Below are positions 49,647 through 59,399 of a stretch of DNA of 64,000 bases, piece by piece. The position numbers and the translations under genes are program-made. The notes beneath the pieces were generated by a model, which saw only the letters and a program-made list of their open reading frames with translations, made no database searches and was not told the origin of the DNA. The first letter of the stretch is position 1. Each line of letters starts with the position of its first letter. Source of the stretch: Candidatus Entotheonellaceae bacterium (GTDB lineage: Bacteria > Tectomicrobia > Entotheonellia > Entotheonellales > Entotheonellaceae). The DNA is taken from assembly GCA_965238075.1 (NCBI GenBank), contig OZ250173.1, positions 1,984,001 to 2,048,000 of the forward strand, in the 5' to 3' direction.

Positions 49647-50500
49647 TGGGCCATAAACAACGTCCAAGTTTAGCAGAAGCGCGTCCAGCGCAGAACCCTC
49701 AAGAACGTGAGGGATGTGAACCCAAGCAGCGCTGTGATCACCCCGCCCAAGACCGATCCGAGGGAAAGCGGCTTGATCGCCGTCGATTCATGCGTTCAGT
49801 GGTCGGCGTCTCGGGTGCCGCCCTTGCGGCAGGCGCCCTGACGACACGCGGCGGCCCGCTAGGGGCCTCCGAGGCTCATGCGGCGTCCGACGGCTCGCTA
49901 AGGCAGCGAACGGCCGTCGTGATCATCGATCCCTACAATGATTTCCTCTCTCACAATGGCGCAGCGTGGCCAGTCGTCGGCGCAGTGGTGCGGGCCGTCG
50001 GGGTCGTGGATAACCTGAAAAAGCTTCTGGTCGGTGCCCGCTCCACGGGAACCCAGGTCGTGTATGCGCCGCACCGAAGATACCGGAAAGGTGACTACGC
50101 CAATTGGAAATTCCGCAATTGGTCGCACAAGGGAATCATGAATTACAAGATGTTTGCCCATGGCACGCCGCGCGGCGAATTTCTGGACGGGTTGAAGGCT
50201 GAACCCGGTGACATGGTCGCGTTGGAGCACTGGAGCGCGAGTGGATTCGCCAACACCGATCTCAATCAGATCCTGCGGCAACACGGGATTGACCACGTCG
50301 CGTTGGCTGGCATGTTGACCAATACATGCGTGGAGGCCACCGGCCGTGAGGCTGTTGAGCTGGGCTACCATGTAACGATGATAAAGGATGCCGTCGGCTG
50401 CATGTCGCAGAAGGAGCAAACCGCAGCCGTCGAACTTAGCTATCCGCGGTTTGCCCACGCAATCCTTTCGACCGACGAGTTCCTTGCGACCTTGGGTTGA
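49643..50500 (+). CDS. Isochorismatase-family cysteine hydrolase with twin-arginine signal-like N-terminus
   Basis: IDPYNDF, SGFANTDL, GMLTNTCVEATGR; DRRRFM + hydrophobic stretch + AHA. Confidence 0.85.
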   Translation: MMGHKQRPSLAEARPAQNPQEREGCEPKQRCDHPAQDRSEGKRLDRRRFMRSVVGVSGAALAAGALTTRGGPLGASEAHAASDGSLRQRTAVVIIDPYNDFLSHNGAAWPVVGAVVRAVGVVDNLKKLLVGARSTGTQVVYAPHRRYRKGDYANWKFRNWSHKGIMNYKMFAHGTPRGEFLDGLKAEPGDMVALEHWSASGFANTDLNQILRQHGIDHVALAGMLTNTCVEATGREAVELGYHVTMIKDAVGCMSQKEQTAAVELSYPRFAHAILSTDEFLATLG

Positions 50501-50584
50501 GGCAATTCTCGTGCTCGGCTTCCCGCAATCGGGGGAATACACCTTAACGCCCTGGTCGATTTTCCGGCGCCACCTCACTGAGCG

Positions 50585-51406
50585 TCAACGACCGGGGTTA
50601 CTCGTCAACTGCACACACAGGTCATCCAGTACCCGTTGCGCCATGGGTGGCGTGTCTGCGGTCAGATGGGCGAGAAATTCACGGTTTCCCTTGGGACCCG
50701 ACAGGGGAGAAGGGATGGCGGCGCGCAGCGCCAGCTTGCACGCTTGCGCCGCTGTCAAAACCGCCTGCAAAACCTGCCGGTGCTGACCCGCATCGCGCAC
50801 CACGCCGCCTTTTCCGACCTCGCCTTTTCCGACTTCGAATTGCGGTTTGATGAGCAGTATCGCTTCGGCTTGTGGGGTCAGCAGGGGAACGAGGGCGGGG
50901 AGCAGCAGGCGCAGCGAAATGAACGAGGCGTCCACCGTCAGGAAGCTCATGCGTTCCGGGAAGTCATGGGGCGTCAGGTAGCGGGCGTTGGTGCGCTCGC
51001 GCACGACGACGCGCGGGTCGTTGCGCAGCCGCCAGTGCAACTGGCCGTAGCCGACGTCCACGGCGTAGACACACCGGGCGCCGGCTTGCAGGAGGCAGTC
51101 GGTAAAGCCGCCCGTGGAGGCGCCGACGTCGAGGGCGATGGCATCCTGCACCCGGCAATCAAACGCCTCAAGACCTGCCGCCAATTTCTCGCCGCCGCGG
51201 CTGACGTACGGACTCGGATCTCCTAGTAACTTCACGTCCGCCTGGGCGGCCACCCGCGCCCCGCATTGCGTCAGGCACTGGCCGTCCACGGCGATTTTGC
51301 CCGCCAGGATCAGCGCCTGGGCCTGGGCGCGGCTGGGCGCCAACTGTCGTTGCCAGACCAGGATGTCGAGTCGTTCCCGTTCGGCGGCCATGCGCTCTCT
51401 GCTCAA
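50585..51406 (-). CDS. tlyA: TlyA-family rRNA (cytidine-2'-O)-methyltransferase
   Basis: S4-like RLD, YVSRGGEKL, DVGASTGGFTDCLLQ, KPQFE, GNREF. Confidence 0.95.
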   Translation of the reverse strand: MSRERMAAERERLDILVWQRQLAPSRAQAQALILAGKIAVDGQCLTQCGARVAAQADVKLLGDPSPYVSRGGEKLAAGLEAFDCRVQDAIALDVGASTGGFTDCLLQAGARCVYAVDVGYGQLHWRLRNDPRVVVRERTNARYLTPHDFPERMSFLTVDASFISLRLLLPALVPLLTPQAEAILLIKPQFEVGKGEVGKGGVVRDAGQHRQVLQAVLTAAQACKLALRAAIPSPLSGPKGNREFLAHLTADTPPMAQRVLDDLCVQLTSNPGR

Positions 51407-52296
51407 GCCTTTCGGGTTACGATGAAACGGGCCAGTTGCCGTAGCCGCTCGGCGCTGGCGTCAAACTCGCTGAGCGCCGTGAGCGCCTCGTCCAGCAACG
51501 CCGCGGCATACTGGCGCGAGGCTTCTACCCCGAGCAGCGCCGGGTAGGTCGCCTTGCCGTGCTTGTCGTCCTGCCCGGCCTGCTTGCCCAGCGCGGCGCT
51601 GTCGCCTTCTACGTCCAGGACGTCGTCGGCGATCTGGAACGCCAGTCCGATGGCCTGTCCGTAGCGTTTTAGCGCCTCCAATTGCGTCGTCGAACCGCCG
51701 CCGAGCAAGCCGCCGATGGTGACGGCCGCGCCGATCAGGGCAGCGGTCTTGCGGCGGTGGATGTATTCGAGCACGTCGAGCGGCACCTCCCGACCTTCCG
51801 AGGCCATGTCCACCACTTGCCCCCCCACCATGCCGGACCAGCCTGCCGCGCGCGCCAGGCAGTGCGTGGCTTCCAGCAACACGGCGGGCGCAAATCGGCT
51901 CGTCAGGTCGGGTCCGGCCATGACTTCGAACGCGTAGGTCAGCAGGGCGTCGCCGGCGAGGATGGCCACCGCTTCGCCGAAAACTTTGTGGCTGGTGAGC
52001 TGGCCGCGCCGGTAATTATCGTCGTCCATGGCGGGCAGGTCGTCGTGGATGAGCGAATAGGTGTGCACGAATTCCAGGGCGCAGGCGGCGGGGAGCACCG
52101 CCTCGCCGTCGCCGCCGACCGCCTCGGTGGCTGCCAGCAGCAGGACGGGGCGCACACGCTTGCCACCGGCGAACACGCTGTAGCGCATCGCCTCGGACAG
52201 CACCGGCGGGTCGGCGTCAGGGGCGGGGAGATGGTGATCGAGAGCGGCCTCAAGACGTTGTTGCTGCGCTTGCAGATACGCCTCCAGGGGTTGCAT
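51403..52296 (-). CDS. ispA: Farnesyl/geranylgeranyl diphosphate synthase
   Basis: GGKRVRP, SLIHDDLPAMDDD..RRG, FQIADDVLD. Confidence 0.93.
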   Translation of the reverse strand: MQPLEAYLQAQQQRLEAALDHHLPAPDADPPVLSEAMRYSVFAGGKRVRPVLLLAATEAVGGDGEAVLPAACALEFVHTYSLIHDDLPAMDDDNYRRGQLTSHKVFGEAVAILAGDALLTYAFEVMAGPDLTSRFAPAVLLEATHCLARAAGWSGMVGGQVVDMASEGREVPLDVLEYIHRRKTAALIGAAVTIGGLLGGGSTTQLEALKRYGQAIGLAFQIADDVLDVEGDSAALGKQAGQDDKHGKATYPALLGVEASRQYAAALLDEALTALSEFDASAERLRQLARFIVTRKA

Positions 52297-52306
52297 CAAG
52301 CCTCCG

Positions 52307-52573
52307 TTAAAAGGGAATTTCCTCCTGACCGTTGCTACCCCCGCTCTCTTCTTGAATCGCGAAGGGTTCTGGGGTCAGGGTGCCGTCGTCGTTGGCCTGC
52401 AGGATGTCGATGCGCTTTTCAGCCCGCTGCAACTGCTGCGTGCAGTGGCGGTACATCGACACCCCTTCCTCGTAAAACTGCACGGATTTCTCTAGATCGA
52501 GATCGTCAGTTTCCAGCGCCTCGACGATTTCCTCAAGGCGCTTCAGTGCCTGCTCGAAGGTCAGATCGGCCAA
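52307..52573 (-). CDS. xseB: Exodeoxyribonuclease VII small subunit
   Basis: TFEQALKRLEEIV..LE...LEKSV..YEEG. Confidence 0.95.
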   Translation of the reverse strand: MADLTFEQALKRLEEIVEALETDDLDLEKSVQFYEEGVSMYRHCTQQLQRAEKRIDILQANDDGTLTPEPFAIQEESGGSNGQEEIPF

Positions 52574-52578
52574 TTTCG

Positions 52579-53979
52579 TTACCCTTCCCCAACCCCTTCC
52601 TCTAGCGGAGGGGCTTCTTTTTCTCGGACATCGTCAACCGTGCAGGCGAGTTGTCCGTCGTGCAGAACAAGTTCCACGTGCTGCCCTGGTTGCACGGGCG
52701 CGGCACGGGTGATGAGCTGTTGCGTGGCGGCGTCGCGGCAAATGCCGTAACCGCGCGCCAGAATGGCCAGGGGGCTGAGGGAATGCAGCTTGCCGCCGAG
52801 GCCGCGCAGCGTTTGATCGCGCAGGTTGAGGCGGGATCGGGTGGCCGTCTCGAGGCGGCGGCGTTGGATGTCCAGATACGCGTGCTGCCGCTGCCAGCGC
52901 CAGCGCGGGTTCGACCTGCCCAGGGCTTTGGCGGCGGTTTCCAGGCGCCGGGTGCGGTCCTGCATGTCGTTCAGCCAGGCTTTGTCGAGTTGCAGCATCA
53001 GGTCGTCGACCTGCTGCTGCCGCGCTTGCACGAAGCGGTGCGGGGCGCGGAACGGGCGCGTCGATGACAGGTGCTCCAGGGCGGTGGCCGAGCGCATGAG
53101 GGTATGCTGCACAACGGTGTGCATGCGCGCCAGCAGCGCCCCGGCTTGCTGGCTCAGTTCTTCGGCGCTCTTGACCACCAGCTCGGCCGCTGCCGAGGGC
53201 GTGGAGGCGCGCAGGTCGGCAACGAAATCGGCGATGGTGGTATCGGTCTCGTGCCCGACCGCCGAGATGATCGGAATTTCCGAGCCGGCTATCGCCCAGG
53301 CCACGGCTTCTTCGTTGAACGCCCACAGGTCTTCCAAAGAGCCGCCGCCGCGGCCCACGATCAGCACGTCGAGGGGCGGTTCGAAGGCGTTCAGCGCCGC
53401 AATGGCCCGCACGATTTCCCCGGCGGCTTCCTTGCCTTGCACCCGTACCGGATAGAGAAACAGGTGAACGTTCGCGGACCGTCGGTGCGCGACCTGGATG
53501 ACGTCGCGGATGGCGGCGCCGGTAGGCGAGGTGACGATGCCGATGCGCTGCGGCATTACGGGCAGGGGCAGCTTGCGGTCTTCGTCGAACAGCCCTTCCT
53601 GGAACAGCCGCTCCTTGAGTTGCTCGAAGGCGATCTGCAGCGCGCCGATGCCCTTCGGCTCGATCCCTTCGGCGATTAACTGGTAGTCGCCACGCGGCTC
53701 GTAGACGCTCAGGCGCCCGCGTGCGATCACCTGCATGCCCGCCTCCGGCGTGAATGGCAACTGCCGCACCGACGAGCGAAACATGACCGTGCGCAGTTGG
53801 CTTTTGGCGTCTTTGAGCGTGAAATAGGCGTGGCCGCTTTGCACCAGGCGCAGGTTGGATATCTCGCCCTCGATCCACACCAAGGGGTAGGAATCCTCCA
53901 GAATCTCTTTGATTTCCTGGGTGATCTGGCTGACCGTCAAGACGCGGCCAAAGGGGGATTCAAACGGCGGCGACTGCAA
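52579..53979 (-). CDS. xseA: Exodeoxyribonuclease VII large subunit
   Basis: GEISN, SGHAYFTLKD, TSPTGAA, RGGGSLEDLWAFN, VGHETD, TPSAAAE. Start approximate. Confidence 0.96.
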   Translation of the reverse strand: MQSPPFESPFGRVLTVSQITQEIKEILEDSYPLVWIEGEISNLRLVQSGHAYFTLKDAKSQLRTVMFRSSVRQLPFTPEAGMQVIARGRLSVYEPRGDYQLIAEGIEPKGIGALQIAFEQLKERLFQEGLFDEDRKLPLPVMPQRIGIVTSPTGAAIRDVIQVAHRRSANVHLFLYPVRVQGKEAAGEIVRAIAALNAFEPPLDVLIVGRGGGSLEDLWAFNEEAVAWAIAGSEIPIISAVGHETDTTIADFVADLRASTPSAAAELVVKSAEELSQQAGALLARMHTVVQHTLMRSATALEHLSSTRPFRAPHRFVQARQQQVDDLMLQLDKAWLNDMQDRTRRLETAAKALGRSNPRWRWQRQHAYLDIQRRRLETATRSRLNLRDQTLRGLGGKLHSLSPLAILARGYGICRDAATQQLITRAAPVQPGQHVELVLHDGQLACTVDDVREKEAPPLEEGVGEG

Positions 53980-54234
53980 GGCCAAACCTCGCTTTTTCTG
54001 GGTATGTTGAGCGTTTTGGGAGGCAGCATTGTACAACAAAAGGCGGTCATTGCAACGCGCCCAGCGGGGCTCTGAAAGATGCGACGCCTCTGAATGGCTG
54101 CCTTGCTTTCACCAAGGGGCTCCAGCAAGATAGGTCCAGCAAAGCAGGCTCGGAGGGCCGAGTCTCGCAGTACACGATATGGCACGCGGCCGACCCGTGC
54201 CGCCGCATGATTTCCACCACATCCTCAGTCTGCC

Positions 54235-55389
54235 ATGCCTATGACCGCCCCATTCCACCCCGCATCCGGGGACGTCCTGTACCGCAGCGCCTTGTTCGAG
54301 GCGCGCCGCTTCGGCCGTTACCTGGCGGTCGAGTTGCTGGCGCCGCATCGCGTGATAAGCACCTCCGCGGTTGGCGGCGGGCAACGGGACGACGTCCGCT
54401 TCCTAGTGAACCACCAGAGTTGCGAAGGGCAGGGCGATCAGGAGCGCTACGACCTGGTCGCGCGCATGGGACTGGACGCCTATCACCATACCGTGTGCGG
54501 GGAGATCGGGATCGACCCCGACCGCACCGCCCTGATGGGCACCGCCGCGAACATGGCCTACGCCGTCCACCGGTCGGCGGCGTTCGAGGACCTGCGAGTC
54601 GACGCTTTCACGACCGCCGGCGTCTCGGGCAACGCCGCACGGGCGGGCGATCCCGCTGCCTGGGTGGAAACCGACGACGGTTGGCGCAAGGTGTCGCCCT
54701 ACGCCGGGACGATCAACACGATCCTGCTGCTCGCCTGCTCGCTCACGCCGTCCGCCCACGCCCGCGCCAGCATCACGATGACCGAGGCGAAATCGGCCGC
54801 GCTGGCGGAACTGGCCGTTCCCAGCCGGTACTCGCCGGTCATTGCCACTGGAACCGGTACGGACCAGTTCTGCCTCGCCGCGCCGCTTGATCCGTCACGC
54901 AAGCCGAAGGATTCGACCAGTCCGCACGTCAAGCTGGGGGAGATCATCGGGGTCGCGGTCAAGGAGTCTGTCAAGGAAGCACTGTGCTGGCAGAACGGGC
55001 TGGAACCTTCCCGGACGCGCGATCTGTTTCACGCGCTGGGCCGCTTCGGCCTCACCCCGGCGCGGGCGGCCGAGCGTCTGGCGGCGTTGTTGCCCGAACG
55101 GCGCTACGGCCTGCTGGAGAAGAACTGGAACGCCGTCTTCCACGATCCGGGCAGCGCGGCGGCGGCCCATGCTTTTGCCGCGGTGCTCGATCGCGTGGCG
55201 TTCGGCACGCTCCCGCCGGGTCTGGCAAATGAGGTGCTGCGTCAGCAGGCGGCCTGCCTGGCCTGCTCGCTTGCGGCCAAGCCGGAATCCTGGCCGGCGT
55301 TCCGGGCTGAACTCGCCTTGGCATCCGACGATCCGGTCGAGTTGGTTCTGCGGGCGATCGCCCTCGGCTGGAACGCCAAGTGGTCCTGA
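54235..55389 (+). CDS. cbiZ: Adenosylcobinamide amidohydrolase CbiZ-like, with C-terminal extension
   Basis: MGTAANM, TTAGVSGNA..AGD, GTINTILL, TEAKSAAL, ATGTGTDQ; next to cbiB. Confidence 0.85.
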   Translation: MPMTAPFHPASGDVLYRSALFEARRFGRYLAVELLAPHRVISTSAVGGGQRDDVRFLVNHQSCEGQGDQERYDLVARMGLDAYHHTVCGEIGIDPDRTALMGTAANMAYAVHRSAAFEDLRVDAFTTAGVSGNAARAGDPAAWVETDDGWRKVSPYAGTINTILLLACSLTPSAHARASITMTEAKSAALAELAVPSRYSPVIATGTGTDQFCLAAPLDPSRKPKDSTSPHVKLGEIIGVAVKESVKEALCWQNGLEPSRTRDLFHALGRFGLTPARAAERLAALLPERRYGLLEKNWNAVFHDPGSAAAAHAFAAVLDRVAFGTLPPGLANEVLRQQAACLACSLAAKPESWPAFRAELALASDDPVELVLRAIALGWNAKWS

Positions 55390-56348
55390 GCAGCCTGGCG
55401 CCGCGCGCCGACCTGTTGGCGGTGGCGGTCGTGCTGGACCTGCTGCTGGGCGATCCGGTCTACCGCTGGCACCCGGTTCGGCTGATCGGCGGCTCGCTGA
55501 GGTGGATTGAAGTGCGCCTGCGCGCGGCGGGCGCCGATGGGTTCCTTGGTGGTTGCGTTCTGTTCATCGTTTTGGCGCTCGTCTGGGGTGGGAGCACAGT
55601 GGCCTTGCTCGCCGGCGTGGCCCGGCTGCACCCCGTGGCGGGTTCGGTGGTGCATCTCTTCCTGCTCTACAGCCTGCTGGCGCTCCGTGACTTGCTGAAG
55701 CACGTGGGAGCCATCGATGCCGCCGCGGCAACCGGCGATCTTGCCGCCGCCCGGAAGGCAGCCGGCCGGCTCGTTGGCCGCGACACCGATCGCATGGACG
55801 CCGCCGCTTGCCGGCGGAGCGGCATTGAAAGCCTGGCCGAGAATCTGGTTGACGGGTTCGTCTCGCCGATCTTCTGGTATTGCCTGGCCGGCATGCCCGG
55901 GATCGTGGTGTTCAAGACGGTCAGCACGATGGATTCGATGGTCGGCTACAAGACCGCGCGCTATCTCGCGTTCGGCTGGTGCGGTGCGCGTCTCGACGAC
56001 CTGATGAACCTGATTCCGGCACGACTCACGTGGTTGCTGATTGCGTGCGCCGCGGTGTTGACGCCCGGCAGTTCCGGCCGCGGGGCACTCCATATCGGGT
56101 GGCGGCAGCACGCCATTGTGCCGGGGCCGAACGCCGGCTGGAGCGAGGCGGCGCTCGCCGGTGCGATCCGTCGCCGGCTGGCAGGGCCAATCTGGCTGGG
56201 CGGCCGGCGGGTAACCGACGTTTGGATCGGTGATCCGGCCGCTGCCGCTGCCGGAACGAGTGCGGACTGTCGGCAGGCGCGACGGACGGTGCTGGTGACC
56301 GTCGCCTTGGTCGTTGGCGCGGCAATCGTCTTGCTGGCTGCGGCGTAG
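55380..56348 (+). CDS. cbiB: Adenosylcobinamide-phosphate synthase CbiB/CobD
   Basis: LDLLLGDP..HPV, LVGRDT, ESLAEN..DG, MDSMVGYK, ARLDD..N.IPAR, PNAGWSEAA. Confidence 0.93.
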   Translation: MVLSSLAPRADLLAVAVVLDLLLGDPVYRWHPVRLIGGSLRWIEVRLRAAGADGFLGGCVLFIVLALVWGGSTVALLAGVARLHPVAGSVVHLFLLYSLLALRDLLKHVGAIDAAAATGDLAAARKAAGRLVGRDTDRMDAAACRRSGIESLAENLVDGFVSPIFWYCLAGMPGIVVFKTVSTMDSMVGYKTARYLAFGWCGARLDDLMNLIPARLTWLLIACAAVLTPGSSGRGALHIGWRQHAIVPGPNAGWSEAALAGAIRRRLAGPIWLGGRRVTDVWIGDPAAAAAGTSADCRQARRTVLVTVALVVGAAIVLLAAA

Positions 56349-56389
56349 CGGCCTGGGGGGTTATCTGCATTGGCAAACAGGGAGGAAAC

Positions 56390-57013
56390 ATGACTGGAGC
56401 CAACGGCGGCACACATGAGGAGCGCGCCCACAAGGAACGCATGAAGGTGATGCAGGCAGAGCAACGTAGGAAGCGCGCCGCGGCCACGAATCCCGGGCAC
56501 GGGCTCGTGCTGGTGTACACCGGCGACGGCAAGGGCAAGTCGAGTTCGGCCTTCGGCGTGATGGCGCGGGCGCTCGGCTGGGGACAGACGATCGGCGTCG
56601 TGCAGTTCATCAAGGGCAATTGGGTGACCGGCGAGCGCCAGTTTTTCGAGCGTTTCCCGGATCAGGTGGCTTGGCACACCATGGGCGAAGGCTTTACCTG
56701 GGATACTCAGGACCGCACCCGTGACACCGCCGTTGCCGAGGCTGCATTCGCCAAGGCATGCGAGATGCTGGCGGGAGGCGAATACGACCTCGTCGTTCTC
56801 GACGAGATCAACGTGGTGCTGCATTATGACTACTTGTCTTCCAGCGCCGTGCTCGACGGGCTGCAAGCCCGCGCGCCGCGCACCAGCGTCATCCTCACCG
56901 GCCGCGACGCCAAGTCCGAGATCGCCGACTACGCCGACCTCGTGAGCGAGATGCGCGAGGTGAAGCACCCGTTTGCATCCGGCATCAAGGCGCAGCGCGG
57001 CCTCGACTTCTGA
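56390..57013 (+). CDS. cobO: Cob(I)alamin adenosyltransferase (CobO/BtuR)
   Basis: TGDGKGKSS, VQFIKG, GEGFTW, VLDEI, ILTGR, KHPF. Confidence 0.95.
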   Translation: MTGANGGTHEERAHKERMKVMQAEQRRKRAAATNPGHGLVLVYTGDGKGKSSSAFGVMARALGWGQTIGVVQFIKGNWVTGERQFFERFPDQVAWHTMGEGFTWDTQDRTRDTAVAEAAFAKACEMLAGGEYDLVVLDEINVVLHYDYLSSSAVLDGLQARAPRTSVILTGRDAKSEIADYADLVSEMREVKHPFASGIKAQRGLDF

Positions 57014-57062
57014 TCTTGCCGGTGGATCTTGAATGCCCGTCGCGGCACCGAGACGGCCCGCA

Positions 57063-57092
57063 TTGACACACACACCGACCTGCCGTTAACAT
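57063..57092 (+). promoter_or_regulatory. Candidate sigma70 promoter for the riboswitch-btu transcript
   Basis: TTGACA-N18-TAACAT directly 5' of the riboswitch. Confidence 0.6.
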
Positions 57093-57104
57093 ACCGCCAC
57101 ACTG

Positions 57105-57280
57105 AGAAAGCCGGGTCGTATCGCAGCGCCCGCTGCGATCAGGGAAGATGGTGCGAAGCCATCGCTGTCCCGCAACTGTAAGCGGAACGAAATCTGCAAC
57201 AGCCACTGAGGCAGCCGCCTCGGGAAGGCGCAGAGAGTAGGTTGCAAGCCGCAAGCCAGGAAACCTGCCCGGACTTTTTC
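57105..57280 (+). ncRNA. Cobalamin riboswitch
   Basis: AGGGAA..GGTGCGAAGCC, CCCGCAACTGTAA, GCCACTG, GGGAAGGC and B12 box AAGCCAGGAAACCTGCC, upstream of a btuB-like gene. Confidence 0.95.
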
Positions 57281-57478
57281 ACTGGAGAAACCTTTCGAGG
57301 GAGAGGGTGCCAGTGAAGGTAGTACGTCCCAACCGTCCAGGTTGTTCTTCTCACACCTTCCACGTGTCAGCGACCTGTTTTCGTTTGCCACGCGCTCGGC
57401 ATCTCCTTTCCTCCCGACGCGAGCCGGCGGTTTGCCCCGCCCGGTGCGCCACCTGACAAGTTATGGAGGAGGGGATCA

Positions 57479-59374
57479 ATGCACCGCAACATTTCAAGCT
57501 TCATCGCTGTTTGCCTATTCGTGGTCCTGGGACTGCGAGCGTCCGCCGCCTGGGCGCAGCAGGACGAGGACCCTTTCCGGCTCGATCCGCTGATTATTAC
57601 CGCTACCCGCTCGGCGGAGCGGCTGAGCCGGACGACGCGCTCGGTGACCGTGATCAGCGCCGAGGACATCGCCGCGCAGGGCGCCGAGACGGTCGCGGAC
57701 GTGCTGCGCAGCGTTCCCGGTCTGGAGGTGGTGCGCCAAGGTTCGTTAGGCGGCGTAACGAGTATCTTTGCGCGCGGCGCCGAGTCCGACCATACCGTGA
57801 CGCTCATCGATGGGGTCAAGGTGAACCTCGGCGGCGGGCAGTTTGATATGGCCGACTTGTCGGTGGACAACATCGAACGCATCGAGGTGGTGCGCGGGCC
57901 AACCAGCACGCTGTATGGCAGCGGCGCCATCGGCGGGGTCATTCACATCATCACCAGGCGCGGCCGCGGACCTCTGAGCGCCAGCGTGAGCGCCTCGGTG
58001 GGCAGTTTCAACACCCACACGCAACGGGCCGCCGTGAGCGTAGGAGAATCTTGGGGTGGCCTGTCGCTTTCGGCCAGCCGCCTCAACTCCGAAGGGCATC
58101 TGGCCTTCAACAACGACTATGATAACGCCAACCTGGCCCTGCGCGCTGACCTGTATCCGAACGAGCGCACCGACGTGAGCCTCATGCTGCGGCATACCGA
58201 CAGCGAGTTCCACTTTCCCACGGACAGCGAGGGGCGCGTGCGTTTTCACAATCAATTCAGCACCACACACGAAACCGCCCTGGGCTTGCGGGGCACGCGC
58301 GCTTTGCTTCCCTGGTGGACCACCAGTGTGCAAGTTGGCTTCCATAACCGAAATTACCGCCTGCAAGACGAGTCGGGCACCGCTTACCCCTATGCCGAGG
58401 AACGCCTGGCCCTGGATTGGCATTCCGTGCTGATGCTCGGCCTGGGAGAGCTGACCTTGGGCGCCGCGTACGACGACGAGGACGATACCGAAAACAACTA
58501 CGGTCGGCACAACGCCGCGGGCTACGCCCAGTTACGCATGAAGTCTATGGAACCCATGGTGTTGATTGGCGGTTTGCGTGTCGAGGGTCATAGCGAGTTT
58601 GGCACCGAGTTGACCTATCAGTTTTCCGCGGCTTACTTCCTGCCCGGCGGCACCAAGCTGCGGGCGGCGCTCGGCAGCGGTTTCAAGGCGCCCACTCTGT
58701 TCGAGAACCTCTCGACCCTTCCCGGCGCCCTTGGCAACCCGAACCTCGACCCGGAGCGTAGCACGACGTGGGAATTGGGCGTCGAACACAAACTGTGGGC
58801 TGACCGGCTGCGGTTCGAGGGCACTTTTTTTTCCAGCCGCTTCAAGGATTTGATCGACTGGGGCCCGGCGCCGCAGGGGCAACCCAACTACTTCAACATC
58901 CAGGAAGCCGAGGCGCACGGGTTGGAACTTTCCGCGACCGTCACACCGCTGCCGGCCTGGACTTTCGGCGCCGCCTATACATGGTTGCGCAGCGAGGTCA
59001 CCGATGCCGGCTTCAGCACGAGTGCCACCGTCGCCTTTGTCGAAGGGGAAAGCCTGTTGCGCCGGCCCGAGCATAAGGTGCACGCGTTTGGCAGCTACGC
59101 GCAGGGGCGCTTCAATGGCCGGCTGGACCTGCACCACATCGGGGTGCGTAACGACCGCCACTATCCCGGTTGGCCGCAGCCGACGAGAGCCGTCGACAAC
59201 CGGTCGTACACCAAGGTGAACGTGGTTCTGGGCTACAAGCTTATCGCAGGGGAGCGACGCACGCTGGAGCTGTTCGGGCGTGTGGAAAATCTCTTTGACG
59301 AGGATTACTACGAGGTGTACGGCTTTGCAACGCCCGGCTTTGCGGCGTTCGGCGGTATCAGGATGACGCTATAG
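57479..59374 (+). CDS. btuB: TonB-dependent cobalamin receptor (BtuB-like)
   Basis: Signal peptide, TonB box IIITATR, IERIEVVRGP.S.LYG..AIGGVI plug, VENLFDEDY; under the B12 riboswitch. Confidence 0.88.
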   Translation: MHRNISSFIAVCLFVVLGLRASAAWAQQDEDPFRLDPLIITATRSAERLSRTTRSVTVISAEDIAAQGAETVADVLRSVPGLEVVRQGSLGGVTSIFARGAESDHTVTLIDGVKVNLGGGQFDMADLSVDNIERIEVVRGPTSTLYGSGAIGGVIHIITRRGRGPLSASVSASVGSFNTHTQRAAVSVGESWGGLSLSASRLNSEGHLAFNNDYDNANLALRADLYPNERTDVSLMLRHTDSEFHFPTDSEGRVRFHNQFSTTHETALGLRGTRALLPWWTTSVQVGFHNRNYRLQDESGTAYPYAEERLALDWHSVLMLGLGELTLGAAYDDEDDTENNYGRHNAAGYAQLRMKSMEPMVLIGGLRVEGHSEFGTELTYQFSAAYFLPGGTKLRAALGSGFKAPTLFENLSTLPGALGNPNLDPERSTTWELGVEHKLWADRLRFEGTFFSSRFKDLIDWGPAPQGQPNYFNIQEAEAHGLELSATVTPLPAWTFGAAYTWLRSEVTDAGFSTSATVAFVEGESLLRRPEHKVHAFGSYAQGRFNGRLDLHHIGVRNDRHYPGWPQPTRAVDNRSYTKVNVVLGYKLIAGERRTLELFGRVENLFDEDYYEVYGFATPGFAAFGGIRMTL

Positions 59375-59399
59375 GGCGTAACCCCAAGGAGGGCGAAGG

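Noticed and set aside
50585-51406. TlyA as a haemolysin/virulence factor
   Set aside because: Housekeeping context and methyltransferase motifs; nothing here supports a toxin role.
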